Shown here: positions 10,015-21,139 of the stretch, in pieces
Numbering within the stretch: the stretch's first letter is position 1
Layout of the letters: every line of letters begins with the position of its first letter
Assembly (NCBI GenBank): GCA_965644495.1
Contig: CBFFSA010000003.1
Location: 558,001-622,000, forward strand
Source: Perkinsela sp. CCAP 1560/9
Taxonomy: Eukaryota > Protista > Euglenozoa: Kinetoplastea
Direction of reading: 5' to 3'
Length of the DNA: 64,000 bases
Made by a program: the position numbers and the translations under genes
Notes under the pieces: model-generated
Databases searched by the model: none
Seen by the model: the letters and a program-made list of their open reading frames with translations, nothing else
What the model was told of the DNA's origin: nothing

Positions 10015-11610
10015 ATGATACGAAAAGTTGCACTACGTTTTATAGCTCACCTTCGAGTTGCCGCATTATGGACTCTAATACTGTTGCTTTTCTCATTACT
10101 CTACCTCGGACCCATTTTCTTTGCACGTGCGTGGTATTCAGATGAAAATGCACTACTTCCTGGGGGTGCCACATCATTGAGCACGGATCCTAAGCACATT
10201 ACTGTGTACGGAATGTACGAACAAGAACGTGAAAAATCTTTAGCACATAACGTGGAACGTGATGCGCAACAGTCGACGATTCGTTTAAACAAGAGAAACC
10301 ACGTGAACGCGAAGTCTCATGCTTCCGTTCCCCATCAAGGTTCATGTCAATTACACGAGCAACTTTTAGATGCCCCCGTTGAATCATTCACTTCATACGA
10401 AAAAGATAGCAAATTCAATTTTGCTGATCGCCTTGATTTGTACAGTGCAGCCGTACTACAGTTTTCAGCTATTTGCTCGAACTGTGAATACGAAAATATT
10501 CACTCAGATCACGGAATCGAATCTTTGCGATTGGTAATTTTTACTCTTCGCGCGACACGACTGAACAGTAACGAAATTATTTTAATACACCTCTTCCACG
10601 ACACTGCGAGTAGTCTGCTTCCTAGTGTTATAAGGTTTATGGACGTCTGTGCAACTGCAGGATGGCTTAGTCGTGACTTGGTCATTGCCTTAACTGCACC
10701 ATCGCTCGGATCTGGCTTTTCGTTAAAGGAACATCTCGCAAGGCAAGGACTTTATACGTTTTGCATGATTTCACTTGATCGAAACCAAGTTCAAGACTCC
10801 AGTCAGCCGCAAATACAGTTTCGTGGCTTTAGTACGCAAGTACCAAATTTAGATTTTGTGAATTTAGCTGTAAAAATGGGTGATATATCTCGTTTACTTC
10901 CGCTTTTGCACCGGGACGAATTGTTTGCTCCTGATTTCTCTAGTTTGATGTACTACTGGATGTTCTTAATTTCTACATTGAAAAAACTTCCAGATAGGGA
11001 GCACTTACGAGCAGAATTTATAGCGCAGGATGTACCCAGTGTTTCTTTGATTATGCCGTCCTACCGTTGTTCAAGGAACATATCAAGAATAGAGGGCGTC
11101 GATTCTAACACTACTGAAGACGCGAAGTTGACTTTGTGGCTTGAGCATTTCGTTCATTCTATCAGTAATTTAGAAGAGCGACTGCATCACTCCACCAACC
11201 TTTGGTTTCCGATTTCTGCCAAATATTTCCTCCCCGGGAGCATTGTTCTAATATCAATTTACGGCGCTTTTGCCGTAATGATACTTTGTATATCGAACAC
11301 GAGAGGCCTACGATTGAATTGGTTGGCGCTTCCATTGCTGTGTTTTTCGATCCATATCAATGACGGCTTGCGATTCGATTTCCTATTTGGATATTTCTCA
11401 ATAGGTATTATGATTTGGTCTACCAATATTTTGCTTAGTAGTTATATTGTGAACTCTTCACATGTGCTTTCATTACGCTCCCCTACCCACTATGTGTACG
11501 CAATCACCGTTACAGAAATGCTAATCGTGAACCCCGTTGCATCTTTCGTTTGGGCATCTTTAATTGCTCTTGTTTACGTTTTTGTCGGGTCAAATACCAA
11601 GAAGAGCTAA
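10015..11610 (+). CDS. GAA1: GPI transamidase subunit Gaa1
   Basis: N-terminal TM, ENALLPG, WLSRDLV, PNLDFVN, SISNLEERLHHS, C-terminal TM helices. Confidence 0.88.
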   Translation: MIRKVALRFIAHLRVAALWTLILLLFSLLYLGPIFFARAWYSDENALLPGGATSLSTDPKHITVYGMYEQEREKSLAHNVERDAQQSTIRLNKRNHVNAKSHASVPHQGSCQLHEQLLDAPVESFTSYEKDSKFNFADRLDLYSAAVLQFSAICSNCEYENIHSDHGIESLRLVIFTLRATRLNSNEIILIHLFHDTASSLLPSVIRFMDVCATAGWLSRDLVIALTAPSLGSGFSLKEHLARQGLYTFCMISLDRNQVQDSSQPQIQFRGFSTQVPNLDFVNLAVKMGDISRLLPLLHRDELFAPDFSSLMYYWMFLISTLKKLPDREHLRAEFIAQDVPSVSLIMPSYRCSRNISRIEGVDSNTTEDAKLTLWLEHFVHSISNLEERLHHSTNLWFPISAKYFLPGSIVLISIYGAFAVMILCISNTRGLRLNWLALPLLCFSIHINDGLRFDFLFGYFSIGIMIWSTNILLSSYIVNSSHVLSLRSPTHYVYAITVTEMLIVNPVASFVWASLIALVYVFVGSNTKKS

Positions 11611-11951
11611 CCACTTCGTCCGAGTTTGATCACGTGTCTAACAGCTTGTATATTTTTGCAATTTAACGAACTTATTGAAGGGATGACTACACCCAACGTA
11701 TTGTCCTTTGTTTATTTATATTCAGTTAGATTTGGGAAGGCATGCTGCAAATATTTAAGGCACAAAATACAGTGAAGTCCCAGTAGGTGTATACATAGAA
11801 CAACTAGTTTCTACTACGCACGTCAAGGACTTATTATACCGGTGGAAAGATTTGGAAAATTACATACAAATTGTTTTGAGCAATTACGTCGTTATTTGTT
11901 TAGTCAACCTACGTGTTTTTTGAGCTACTATATAATTCACATTTTCTTAAA

Positions 11952-12320
11952 ATGTCTTCTTATACAACCGACTCCGGAGGAGGTCCTGTCAATAACAATA
12001 TTCCATCACCGGCCGCACTTCAAGCCGAGAAGGAAAAAGAGGCTCAACAAATAGAGAAAGCTGATACGTTCATGCGTGCCATGTTAAGCGCAGAAGCAAG
12101 AGAGCGCTTAAAGCGCATTGAGGTGGTAAAACCGGAGAGAGCTCGTTTGGTGTCTCAGCACATTGCTAAATCCGTCCAAACACGGCGATTGTTACCGCCA
12201 GTGTCGGATGACACTCTTAAAAGCATCTTATCATCGTTATCCCAACAGGAAAATGAGTCTAATGGACTTCGTAATCAAATTACATTTCTCCGTAAGACGA
12301 GAGACGATGATGATTGGTAG
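11952..12320 (+). CDS. PDCD5: PDCD5-family dsDNA-binding protein
   Basis: LSAEARERLKRIEVVKPERARLV...DDTLKSIL, acidic C-terminus DDDW. Confidence 0.9.
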   Translation: MSSYTTDSGGGPVNNNIPSPAALQAEKEKEAQQIEKADTFMRAMLSAEARERLKRIEVVKPERARLVSQHIAKSVQTRRLLPPVSDDTLKSILSSLSQQENESNGLRNQITFLRKTRDDDDW

Positions 12321-12509
12321 TTCGTTCCAGAACCGTCGCATGCAGCAATAGAGGATACAAAGGTGCAACATATTCTTTTCCGGAAATTTTGAGGGTTTAT
12401 TTTGGAGTTGGAGTAAGTTAATACAATGCATTACCGCTCTACATCTCTATTCACGAATTACAGTAATGTAAATTTCACTTTATTTTCTGCCATCTAAGAC
12501 CTTTTATTA

Positions 12510-15500
12510 ATGAGTCGCAAGAAAGCTTTGGTTTGTGTGACTAGCCTAGTCACACCCGCGAATTCATGGACGACTTCTCCTATCTGCGCGAGGTCCCACA
12601 TTCCCCGTGTTTTTTTTTGCTATGAAAACAGGACAGATTCTGGAATTAACATTGGTTATTCGAACATTCTGGTAAGAACCCAGCGGAGGATCTTTTGCTA
12701 TACTCGGATGTTATTTGGTATGGACGAAAGTGCATCTTTTGTTGAGCCACATACATTTCAAAACGTTATGGATCTTGGGTCTCTTCACAGTACTCCCGAG
12801 AAAATAGACTCTAAAACGGGTGATGGTACGTTGGACCAACTGAACTCCAGGACTGAATCGTCGAACTCTAATACAGAATCAGTTCTAACCTTTCAAGACC
12901 TTGCAGATCGTAGAGTACTTCAGGAAGAGACTCCACCAGAAATTAATGTAGCCTTGCACTTAACTGACGAACTGCATACTATGCGACAATTTGATCTGGC
13001 GCGCTTTATTCGATCCAAACGGAATGCACGAGTAACGCCAATGGAAGAATTCGTATGTACCCCGGGTACCCGTAAACAAACACAACTGTTGCTTGAACTA
13101 ATTCACCATGCCGAGGAAGAAGCTGAAGGAACCTATGGCTTCTCGAGTGTCACCCAAAAGTTCGGACAAATTGAAGAAGAAACTAAGAAGGCACTTCGGT
13201 CGCGTGAATGGAACGACCGAAGCTTGGAAGCGGCACATTTGGAGTACAGCTGCAAAACCTCTATTCAAAGAGATACAATGACATGGAAGACACCGGAGCT
13301 CTCTCTCCGTCGACATGGAAGAACTGTGAGAATTCTGGCACAACGCTTACTAAAGGCAGCGCACGAAGAATATGATTCGGCCTCAATTGCCGCTGTAGGG
13401 GGAGTTCATCGTACCTTTCGAGAACAATCGTTGGCTGCACTTCGCACAGTGCCTTTGAGGGATCTCGTCGCTGTGTTTTCACGTTTTTGCGCAAAGCACA
13501 TAATGCACACCGGTTGTCCTGCGTTCATGTCTGTGTCATCCCATTTAGGAAACACATTAGTTGATCAAGGTGTGTTATGCCGCCCGACTTCCGAAGACAA
13601 TATGCTCTCACTTAGTCGTATGATGGGACTTCTTGATACACTTGAAAGTGAGGTTGAGCATTCATTAAACTTGAAGAACCTGCAAAATGAGAACGTCGCT
13701 TCTGCTCTGTCAGAGAGAATTACACGTCATAAGAGTAGATTTGCTCAGATTAATACCAGCAAGGATGTGCCAGAATTTGTACTCACATTGGCGTCTCAAT
13801 TTCAACAATGGGAACGCTTAGTAAGAAACGATATTCCTATCCTAAGTGAAGTGAGCGAAAAAATATTTGACGACATTTTGTTGGGTGTCACTACTGTGCG
13901 CATCATGAAAGTATTCACAGATTCGGTTTCCACCTCTATTTCGATACCTTTTGTTCGAGATTTCACGCGCATTTTGCGATACGATCTTGAAGTTGAACTT
14001 AAAGACGACCACATTGATGCTATTGAAGCTCTAAATGGCTACTGCAGTTTGCCAAATGAAAAGGTGAGATTGGATGTCACCTTATTCGAAACTATCAACA
14101 ACGCTCATCTTTCAGCCATCGGTATGGACAATACCCCACCTTCACGCGAGCGTTTGGGTTTAATTATGTGGCAAGTTGCACGCGTGGCATCAGAGGCACC
14201 AGGGACATATTCACTGTACGAGCTTCTTGTAGGTGTAACAAAAGATATGGCTTTTCACCTGCGGTATGGAGAATTATACAAGCGAATGAGTGTTTACAGT
14301 CGCCATGAGTTACTCTTTAGTAAAACCGTTTCATGGGACAGGTTGCGACATCTAGAAAAGGAACACAACATAATTCCAATGAGTACAAAGACAGTGGCTT
14401 TCATGTGTACTATTTTTATGTATCTACTTACCATTAGCACCATTAACCCTACGTTGAACGGCTTCGGCGCAAGAAAAGATGCTCCACTACTCAGGTTTAT
14501 CCCGCCTTGTGAAGTTGACGATTTTTCCGTACTAGGGCTTACCTGGCAGAAACCGAGTACGGACCTGAAAGTCGCACTGCCACCCCAATTCGAGCATCGG
14601 GGATGGATGGACGCCGATCAAGATAAAGGTATCTATCGCATGCTGCCCAGTAAGCCAGTCCTTGGTGCTATGAGTGACCTCTTCGTGCGCACAAAACCAC
14701 CAATGATGGCTGCCATGGACTGTCTTTCTCGGGTTCCTTGGCGCATCAACCGCTTTATTCTACACGTGCAGGAAATGATTGTTGTAGAGGGGTTTGGATT
14801 TCACAAAATTATGCCTGCTTTTCATCCATTGCCTTACTTAAGCATGCCGACTGGCTACGTGCCTTGTAAAAGCATCGAAACGAGCGATGAATTTCAGTCG
14901 CTACGAAGATTTATGTACGATGACAACTCTAGAATCGCTTTTCGCGCTCAACGTGAAGCAGATAGATCGGGGGCACTTCAAGTTTTCTCGTCTCGGCAAC
15001 ATTACTTGATGGCGTGTCGCACAGCTCGTACGATGGTCAACAAGTCCAAAATATATTTTCCACATAAACTTGATTTTAGGGGTCGAATGTATCCCCTTGT
15101 TGGAAGATTAAATCACACTGGATCAGATCCTTTTCGCGCCATGGTCGAATTCGCCGACCCCGTACCTCTAGGAAAAGACGGTTTTTATTGGTTGAAGGTT
15201 CACCTAGCCAACGTAATGGGACAAACGAAGCTGACCTTCGAAGAACGTGTTCAATATGTTGACGACCACCTCGACGATTTGGTCCAGAGCGCGGAGAGTC
15301 CCCTAGGCGGGGATCGGTGGTGGCAAGAAGGAGATGAACCACTCCAAGCACTCCAAGCGTGTCGAGAGATCTACAACGCAATGTCCTACAGTCAAAACAT
15401 TGAGGACTTTCCCTCACACATTCCTGTCCACATTGATGGCAGCTGTAACGGGCTGCAACACTACAGTGCGATCGGGCGTGACTACGAAGGAGGGGTACAC

Positions 15501-16388
15501 GTGAATCTGGTTCCCAGTAAGCGTCCGCAAGATGTGTACATGGGCGTGTTAAAGGAACTCATTTCAATGGTTGAGGAGGACGCCGCGAATGAAAATGCTG
15601 TAGCACTACGTTGCTTGGGTAGCGGGGTAAATCTTGACACCGGTCACTTGAAGCGAAAGACCATCAAACGGGCAGTGATGACTCAGGTCTACGGTGTTAC
15701 GTTCTTTGGAATGCACGACATGATTCTAAAGGAGTTGGAGATGCAGAACAACAACCACCACCTATGGACGACAGTGGTGATGAAGGAAATGGCTACGTAT
15801 CTGCGTGACAAGCTGGTGCGCTCGCTGGGGAAGACCTTTGGGAAAGCCCAGGCCTGTCGTCAGTGGTTGGATAAAGTTGCCGCGCGCATCTGGATGTGTC
15901 AGCCCCCTAGCATGCAGCAATGTTTCCAGTGGACTACTCCACTGGGGCTAATCGTGCGGCAACCCTACACGAAGGGCTCCAATACCCCAATTTTCACCCC
16001 ATCAGGGTGTATTAAAGTAGAATGTGGAATGGTTAACCATGCGAGTCGCTCACAACTCAGCGCACTTCCGCCGAATGTGATTCATTCTTTGGATGCGTGC
16101 CACCTGGCGATGACTGCACTGGAGATGGACCGACTGAACCTTAGTATGGTCGCCGTGCATGACTCTTTTTGGACCCACGCCGCGCACTTGCCCGATCTCA
16201 GCCGCGTTTTGCGACAAGAGTTTGCGAATTTGTATTCTAATTACGACCCCTTATGGGAGTTGAAAGAGCAGTGGGAAGAACAGTACTTTATTGACTTGCG
16301 CAGACATGGGGTATCACTACCAGACCCCCCGGAGAAAGGAACGTTGAACCTACAGGATGTGTTGCAAAGCAAGTATTTTTTTGCCTAG
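12510..16388 (+). CDS. Mitochondrial phage-type (T3/T7-like) RNA polymerase
   Basis: DFRGRMYP, DGSCNGLQHY, RKTIKRAVMTQVYG, PPNVIHSLD, VHDSFWTH, terminal YFFA. Confidence 0.97.
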   Translation: MSRKKALVCVTSLVTPANSWTTSPICARSHIPRVFFCYENRTDSGINIGYSNILVRTQRRIFCYTRMLFGMDESASFVEPHTFQNVMDLGSLHSTPEKIDSKTGDGTLDQLNSRTESSNSNTESVLTFQDLADRRVLQEETPPEINVALHLTDELHTMRQFDLARFIRSKRNARVTPMEEFVCTPGTRKQTQLLLELIHHAEEEAEGTYGFSSVTQKFGQIEEETKKALRSREWNDRSLEAAHLEYSCKTSIQRDTMTWKTPELSLRRHGRTVRILAQRLLKAAHEEYDSASIAAVGGVHRTFREQSLAALRTVPLRDLVAVFSRFCAKHIMHTGCPAFMSVSSHLGNTLVDQGVLCRPTSEDNMLSLSRMMGLLDTLESEVEHSLNLKNLQNENVASALSERITRHKSRFAQINTSKDVPEFVLTLASQFQQWERLVRNDIPILSEVSEKIFDDILLGVTTVRIMKVFTDSVSTSISIPFVRDFTRILRYDLEVELKDDHIDAIEALNGYCSLPNEKVRLDVTLFETINNAHLSAIGMDNTPPSRERLGLIMWQVARVASEAPGTYSLYELLVGVTKDMAFHLRYGELYKRMSVYSRHELLFSKTVSWDRLRHLEKEHNIIPMSTKTVAFMCTIFMYLLTISTINPTLNGFGARKDAPLLRFIPPCEVDDFSVLGLTWQKPSTDLKVALPPQFEHRGWMDADQDKGIYRMLPSKPVLGAMSDLFVRTKPPMMAAMDCLSRVPWRINRFILHVQEMIVVEGFGFHKIMPAFHPLPYLSMPTGYVPCKSIETSDEFQSLRRFMYDDNSRIAFRAQREADRSGALQVFSSRQHYLMACRTARTMVNKSKIYFPHKLDFRGRMYPLVGRLNHTGSDPFRAMVEFADPVPLGKDGFYWLKVHLANVMGQTKLTFEERVQYVDDHLDDLVQSAESPLGGDRWWQEGDEPLQALQACREIYNAMSYSQNIEDFPSHIPVHIDGSCNGLQHYSAIGRDYEGGVHVNLVPSKRPQDVYMGVLKELISMVEEDAANENAVALRCLGSGVNLDTGHLKRKTIKRAVMTQVYGVTFFGMHDMILKELEMQNNNHHLWTTVVMKEMATYLRDKLVRSLGKTFGKAQACRQWLDKVAARIWMCQPPSMQQCFQWTTPLGLIVRQPYTKGSNTPIFTPSGCIKVECGMVNHASRSQLSALPPNVIHSLDACHLAMTALEMDRLNLSMVAVHDSFWTHAAHLPDLSRVLRQEFANLYSNYDPLWELKEQWEEQYFIDLRRHGVSLPDPPEKGTLNLQDVLQSKYFFA

Positions 16389-16664
16389 GTCAATATTACT
16401 CAAACACTGCATCTAGCGGTGCGATCACAGTCCATTAGCACACCTTAACCGGAATATTAGAACCTTGTTTTTATGCATTGATTGTTCATTTTTCATTTCT
16501 TCACCTATAGCTTTATTATTTTCCGAGACTTGGTGAGTAGTACAGTATTACCGCTCACAGTATATTGGTGTCATTTTATACATTTTTCTGCTGACTTCCT
16601 TATCTCGAATGTAATACGCAACGAGAATTTGTTATTGTCAACCTTATTCGTCTCGAGAATTGCT

Positions 16665-17231
16665 ATGGGGTTTCTCACGCAAATACGAAAAATTAAAGCC
16701 AAAGAGAAGGAAATGCGACTTCTCCTCTTAGGTCTGGACAACGCTGGAAAGACCACGGTTTTAAAACGAATTATGAAGGAGGATGTCCTTGCCGTAAGTC
16801 CGACGTTTGGCTTCAGCATTCGCAGCATAGCCCAAAATGGCTACATGCTAAATGTCTGGGACGTGGGAGGACAGGAGTGCCTAAGAATGTACTGGAAGAA
16901 CTATTTCGAGCGCACCGACGGTATTTTATGGGTGATTGACAGCACAGACATCTCCCGCCTTCAAGATAGTCGCCGAGAACTCTCCGAAATACTATCCGAA
17001 GAAAGACTTGCGAGTGCGCCCCTAGTGGTGTTTGCGAACAAGCAGGACATACCTGGAGCCTGGACACGTGACCGTATTATGCATGCGTTACAGTTCGATG
17101 AGCTCAGTAGGCCCAATTCTCGACCCATCTACGTTGTCTCTTGTAGTGCGTACACAGGCGAGGGGATACTTGAAGGCTTGAACTGGCTTGTGGACACAGT
17201 GGCCTCTCGGCTCTACATGCATGGACGGTGA
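16665..17231 (+). CDS. ARL2: ADP-ribosylation factor-like GTPase ARL2
   Basis: MGFLTQIRKIKAKEKEMRLLLLGLDNAGKTT, WDVGGQ, YWKNYFE, NKQD. Confidence 0.93.
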   Translation: MGFLTQIRKIKAKEKEMRLLLLGLDNAGKTTVLKRIMKEDVLAVSPTFGFSIRSIAQNGYMLNVWDVGGQECLRMYWKNYFERTDGILWVIDSTDISRLQDSRRELSEILSEERLASAPLVVFANKQDIPGAWTRDRIMHALQFDELSRPNSRPIYVVSCSAYTGEGILEGLNWLVDTVASRLYMHGR

Positions 17232-17725
17232 AAATACGTACGACTGATCCTACAAAGGCAGCGCAGATTTCAAGTTTGTTGTGCGGAACGCAACGCGTAT
17301 TTTTCGCCGTATGCTCCTGAACCACCAGCAAGACACTACTGTCCCTGCGATTCATATTGATTGAGACAAGCTTCTAGAATGATATTTTCTCGGATTATTA
17401 TTATTGTTGAGGTTGTACATAACTACCGCTCTACTCTCGATTATTTAAAAAAAGTGAAGAAAAACAGTGAAAAAGTAGAAAGGAACACAGTAGAGGGGCT
17501 TCGGGTGAGGCCCAAAAAGAGATCACGCGAGATCTCTCATTTATTAAAGGCCTTGAAGGGGTAGAGTAATTTGTTTTTGAGATTATCTTTCTTACGACAG
17601 TAGTGACCGGGGAGTACCCTACTTTCTCCATACCATCTTTACGCTTTAAGAACCCTCCTCTGTCCCCTCTTAACACCACCTTTCACCTCCCTACCCTCTT
17701 CCCCACATCCCCCCCCACCACCACC

Positions 17726-18700
17726 ATGACCCTCCCCCCTCCACTCGATCCCATTATCCCCAACACCGTCGCCTCTTCGTACGCTTCGCACCCCTCCTCC
17801 CCCACCCCCGCACCCCACCCCGAGTCTCCCCCCCAGCTCCGTCTCGGGACCAAAATCATCCCCGCCCCCGGGGCCTCCGAGCTCACCAACCCCGACGGCA
17901 CCATCCTCTCCATCCACACCGAGTACACCCCGGAGGGGGCCCGTGTGAAGAAGCGAACCCTGCTGCGTCGTGTGCCCCGCACGGAGGTCCAAACCCCAGC
18001 GGCGCAGCGACGACAGAACGCGTGGAAACCCTTTGGTCGCGCCACCGACGCGAATATGGAGAGTCTCACCTCCGTCCCCGCGAACCCCCCCGTGCTGGTG
18101 CTCCGCCAGGAGGGGAGGCGGGGAGCCGGGGGGACGGGAGACGCGGGGGGGAGTGGGGGGCGCATAGGGGAGGTGGGCGCCGGGGGGAGTGCGGAGCGTA
18201 TGACCTCACGAGCGTTGGATGAGCTCGAGGCCGCGTTCGCGCGGGAGGCGACGCGGGTGGAGCAGTTGAAGCGGATGGAGCAGAGTGGGGGAGGGGGGAG
18301 CAAGGAGAGTGGGGGAGGGAAAGGGGTGGGTCGAGGGGGGGATGGGGGGGAGGGCTCACCGTTGAGTGGTGCAAAGGCCGGGGTGTACCGTGCGCGAGGG
18401 AAGGAGGGGGCTACGATGCATGATAATGCGGAGGTGACGGCATTGCGGGTGTCGAATTTGAGCGAGGATACGAATGAGGAGGCACTGCGGTTGTTGTGTG
18501 CGAAAATTGGGCGGGTGCAACGAGTGTATGTTCCGATGGTGACGGAAAGGGATCCGAATACTGGGGTGGCGACGCAGAGGAATAAAGGATACGCATTTGT
18601 GACGTTTACAAAAGTGTCGGAGGCGGAGAAGGCGTTGGAGAAGTTGAACAAACATCCCTTCCAGGGAGCTTTGTTGTCGGTGACCTGGGGATCGAAATAG
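17726..18700 (+). CDS. eIF3g: Translation initiation factor eIF3 subunit G
   Basis: N-terminal eIF3g region (R..WKPFG) and C-terminal RRM LRVSNLSEDTNE...KGYAFVTF...LSVTW. Confidence 0.88.
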   Translation: MTLPPPLDPIIPNTVASSYASHPSSPTPAPHPESPPQLRLGTKIIPAPGASELTNPDGTILSIHTEYTPEGARVKKRTLLRRVPRTEVQTPAAQRRQNAWKPFGRATDANMESLTSVPANPPVLVLRQEGRRGAGGTGDAGGSGGRIGEVGAGGSAERMTSRALDELEAAFAREATRVEQLKRMEQSGGGGSKESGGGKGVGRGGDGGEGSPLSGAKAGVYRARGKEGATMHDNAEVTALRVSNLSEDTNEEALRLLCAKIGRVQRVYVPMVTERDPNTGVATQRNKGYAFVTFTKVSEAEKALEKLNKHPFQGALLSVTWGSK

Positions 18701-19084
18701 CTTTGACTACCTCACTGGAATACAGATTCTATGTAAGTGACTTCAGTTGTCTACTTCGTCTTCAACTTCGGGAATTTTGCACATCTTATAGTGATTGATA
18801 GCCTATGCCCTTTGAGGCGCGGCTTGTTCGCATCATTTCTTTGAGTCAATAAAAATGTTACTTGTTTGAAATTCGTAGAAGGAAAGCTTATATGTTGTGC
18901 TGCTCGTAATTGTATTAACCACTATTGGTCGTTCAAAAAAAAATGAATTTTAAGGGCGAATAAGAGATGAATTTTAAGAGCTTCTACACTGTGCTCGATA
19001 GTAACATTTTCGCCAATTTACAGTATATTTAAATTTTCATAGGTTGGCTTACTCAATTTTCTATTTTTCGATGCAAAAGGAATC

Positions 19085-20926
19085 ATGTTATCATCGTGTA
19101 TTGTGTCTGAAACGTCCTTAGAGGCATATCGCCCGGATTCCGCAAGCTTTGTTTTAGAATTGGGTATTCTGAATCCGGAACAGTACGTCGCCGTCATGCG
19201 GAGTGGGATTGCGGTGCAAACAACTTCATCTAGTCCTTTAAACAGCCCGTACTACCTACACCCACACGCCGTGCTCCCCACATCATTAGTACATGGTATG
19301 CTGTTCTTTTGCGAGACACAGCCCAGATTTATGAAGAGACGTATGGGGGGTCATTTCTTTCGTGTTTACGAACGCGTCTACCGGGACGAGTTTGAAATTA
19401 ATTTACTTCGGTGTGAGTCGAAATGTTCCACTCTACGACCTCCCTCCTACCATCATTATGCATGGATTATCCGCGAGATAGTTCCCCACGGTACTTACAA
19501 TATCAAGGGCTTAAGATCGTGGGGCGGTAGTGAAGTTTTGGAAATATCGGAGCGTGCCGTACGAAAACCACCTCTTCCTAAACGATGCAGTTCGCAGGTC
19601 GCTTTATATCACGTGCATCGACTTGACATGTGCATGGTAAACAATTGCCAGCTATTAACTGCACAACTACAGAGTGCTGCGTTACAAACCAAACACGACA
19701 ATGACAGACTTTGTCCTCTGCATGTCTGCGAGGATTCCTTATCCACTACCGTAGCTCTCCTTACGGAAGAAAGCGTGTTTTTGTCACCCAACGTTCTACG
19801 TGGAATTCTTCTTGGCTACTCATACATTGGTATGCCTAAGCTGCGCGATATTCCAGCATATGAACATCACCCAGCTAGATTACAGAACCGTGATGAAAAT
19901 GGTCTGCTTTATCAGTATCACGGAAGTTGGAGTAGCCTGCCAAGATTTCCACATGATGAGAATATAAAGGGTGCTGCGTCCCACGTTATGGTGCCGACAC
20001 GGGACAGTGTGCACCGGTGGACTCGAGAAAACAAAAGTCTGCGGCATTTTCACAGTGGTTACCGTTGGAACATAGTGTACAATACGGAGTTCTTGTTGAA
20101 GGTTCCCGAAGAATGTAGGGGGAGATTTTTTAATCATCTGTCTAGCTCAGAACTTGAACTTTTGAGTACGGAACTACCTTTACTAGTGTGGTGCTTTTGT
20201 GGTAGAGCAACTACCTCGTGCCGAGAAAAGAGAGGACGCACTTCCTCAGGAAAAACTATGAAACTTCCGATAAGAATAGAGAGTCGTAAACGGCGCAGAA
20301 CACTTTGCTTAGAAAACCGAAATAACGAGTCAGAGGGAAGACAATCTTCATGTAATACGAATGCAGCAACTAGTTTTCACACAAGACGCCCATTTATTAA
20401 ATACGTGGTTGGCTTTGGTCAACCCGCGCCATGGGCCACAGACTGCAGATCACGAGACTCCTTAGTTAAAGTAAATGATCCGTCCCTATACGTTCCAGCG
20501 GATAACATCACTTGTCTGTGTTTTATCAAAGCCCTACATCAAGGCAGGGTACCGTACATCAACGAAATTCAGTCTCTAAATGAAATACACCGAAGATGGG
20601 ATGGCATTAATGCTTGTGAAGGGCCAATTCCTATTACAGTGCCTCCAAACGATATCGACATAACCTATCAGGCGAGCGATGCGGATTCTCAAAGCCTTAC
20701 AGTTCCCCCAGAACAATATCTTACCGTTTTTTCTCATCTAAACATACTTCGTCAGAAGGTGCGTCGGCACTTAGTCAGCAAAAACATTACATATCAGGAG
20801 GCAGCGAAGCAGATGGGATTGGCTAAAGGAACTTTATCTATTTGGATGAACCATGATAACCGTGTGACTGCAGTAGTCAGCTCCAGAATATTGCTTTGGT
20901 TGAAAAGGGTGGATGGAGAAAACTAA
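19085..20926 (+). CDS. Hypothetical protein with C-terminal XRE/lambda-like HTH
   Basis: 613-aa ORF; ITYQEAAKQMGLAKGTLSIWMN at the C-terminus. Confidence 0.7.
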   Translation: MLSSCIVSETSLEAYRPDSASFVLELGILNPEQYVAVMRSGIAVQTTSSSPLNSPYYLHPHAVLPTSLVHGMLFFCETQPRFMKRRMGGHFFRVYERVYRDEFEINLLRCESKCSTLRPPSYHHYAWIIREIVPHGTYNIKGLRSWGGSEVLEISERAVRKPPLPKRCSSQVALYHVHRLDMCMVNNCQLLTAQLQSAALQTKHDNDRLCPLHVCEDSLSTTVALLTEESVFLSPNVLRGILLGYSYIGMPKLRDIPAYEHHPARLQNRDENGLLYQYHGSWSSLPRFPHDENIKGAASHVMVPTRDSVHRWTRENKSLRHFHSGYRWNIVYNTEFLLKVPEECRGRFFNHLSSSELELLSTELPLLVWCFCGRATTSCREKRGRTSSGKTMKLPIRIESRKRRRTLCLENRNNESEGRQSSCNTNAATSFHTRRPFIKYVVGFGQPAPWATDCRSRDSLVKVNDPSLYVPADNITCLCFIKALHQGRVPYINEIQSLNEIHRRWDGINACEGPIPITVPPNDIDITYQASDADSQSLTVPPEQYLTVFSHLNILRQKVRRHLVSKNITYQEAAKQMGLAKGTLSIWMNHDNRVTAVVSSRILLWLKRVDGEN

Positions 20927-21139
20927 TATGCAAGCACGGTTTTAATCGTATGTAGATGGTGTCACCACATTTTAGTATTACGCACGATGGCAATAATAAG
21001 GTACAAGGCAATGATAATAACGAGTATGATCATACCGGATTGCCTAAATCCAGTAAAAAAATCCGTCCTAAAAAGTATTCCAGACGTCGTGTATTTCCAA
21101 TTTTCTACTTTAGGGTTGATTTTAGCACTCTCTTATACA

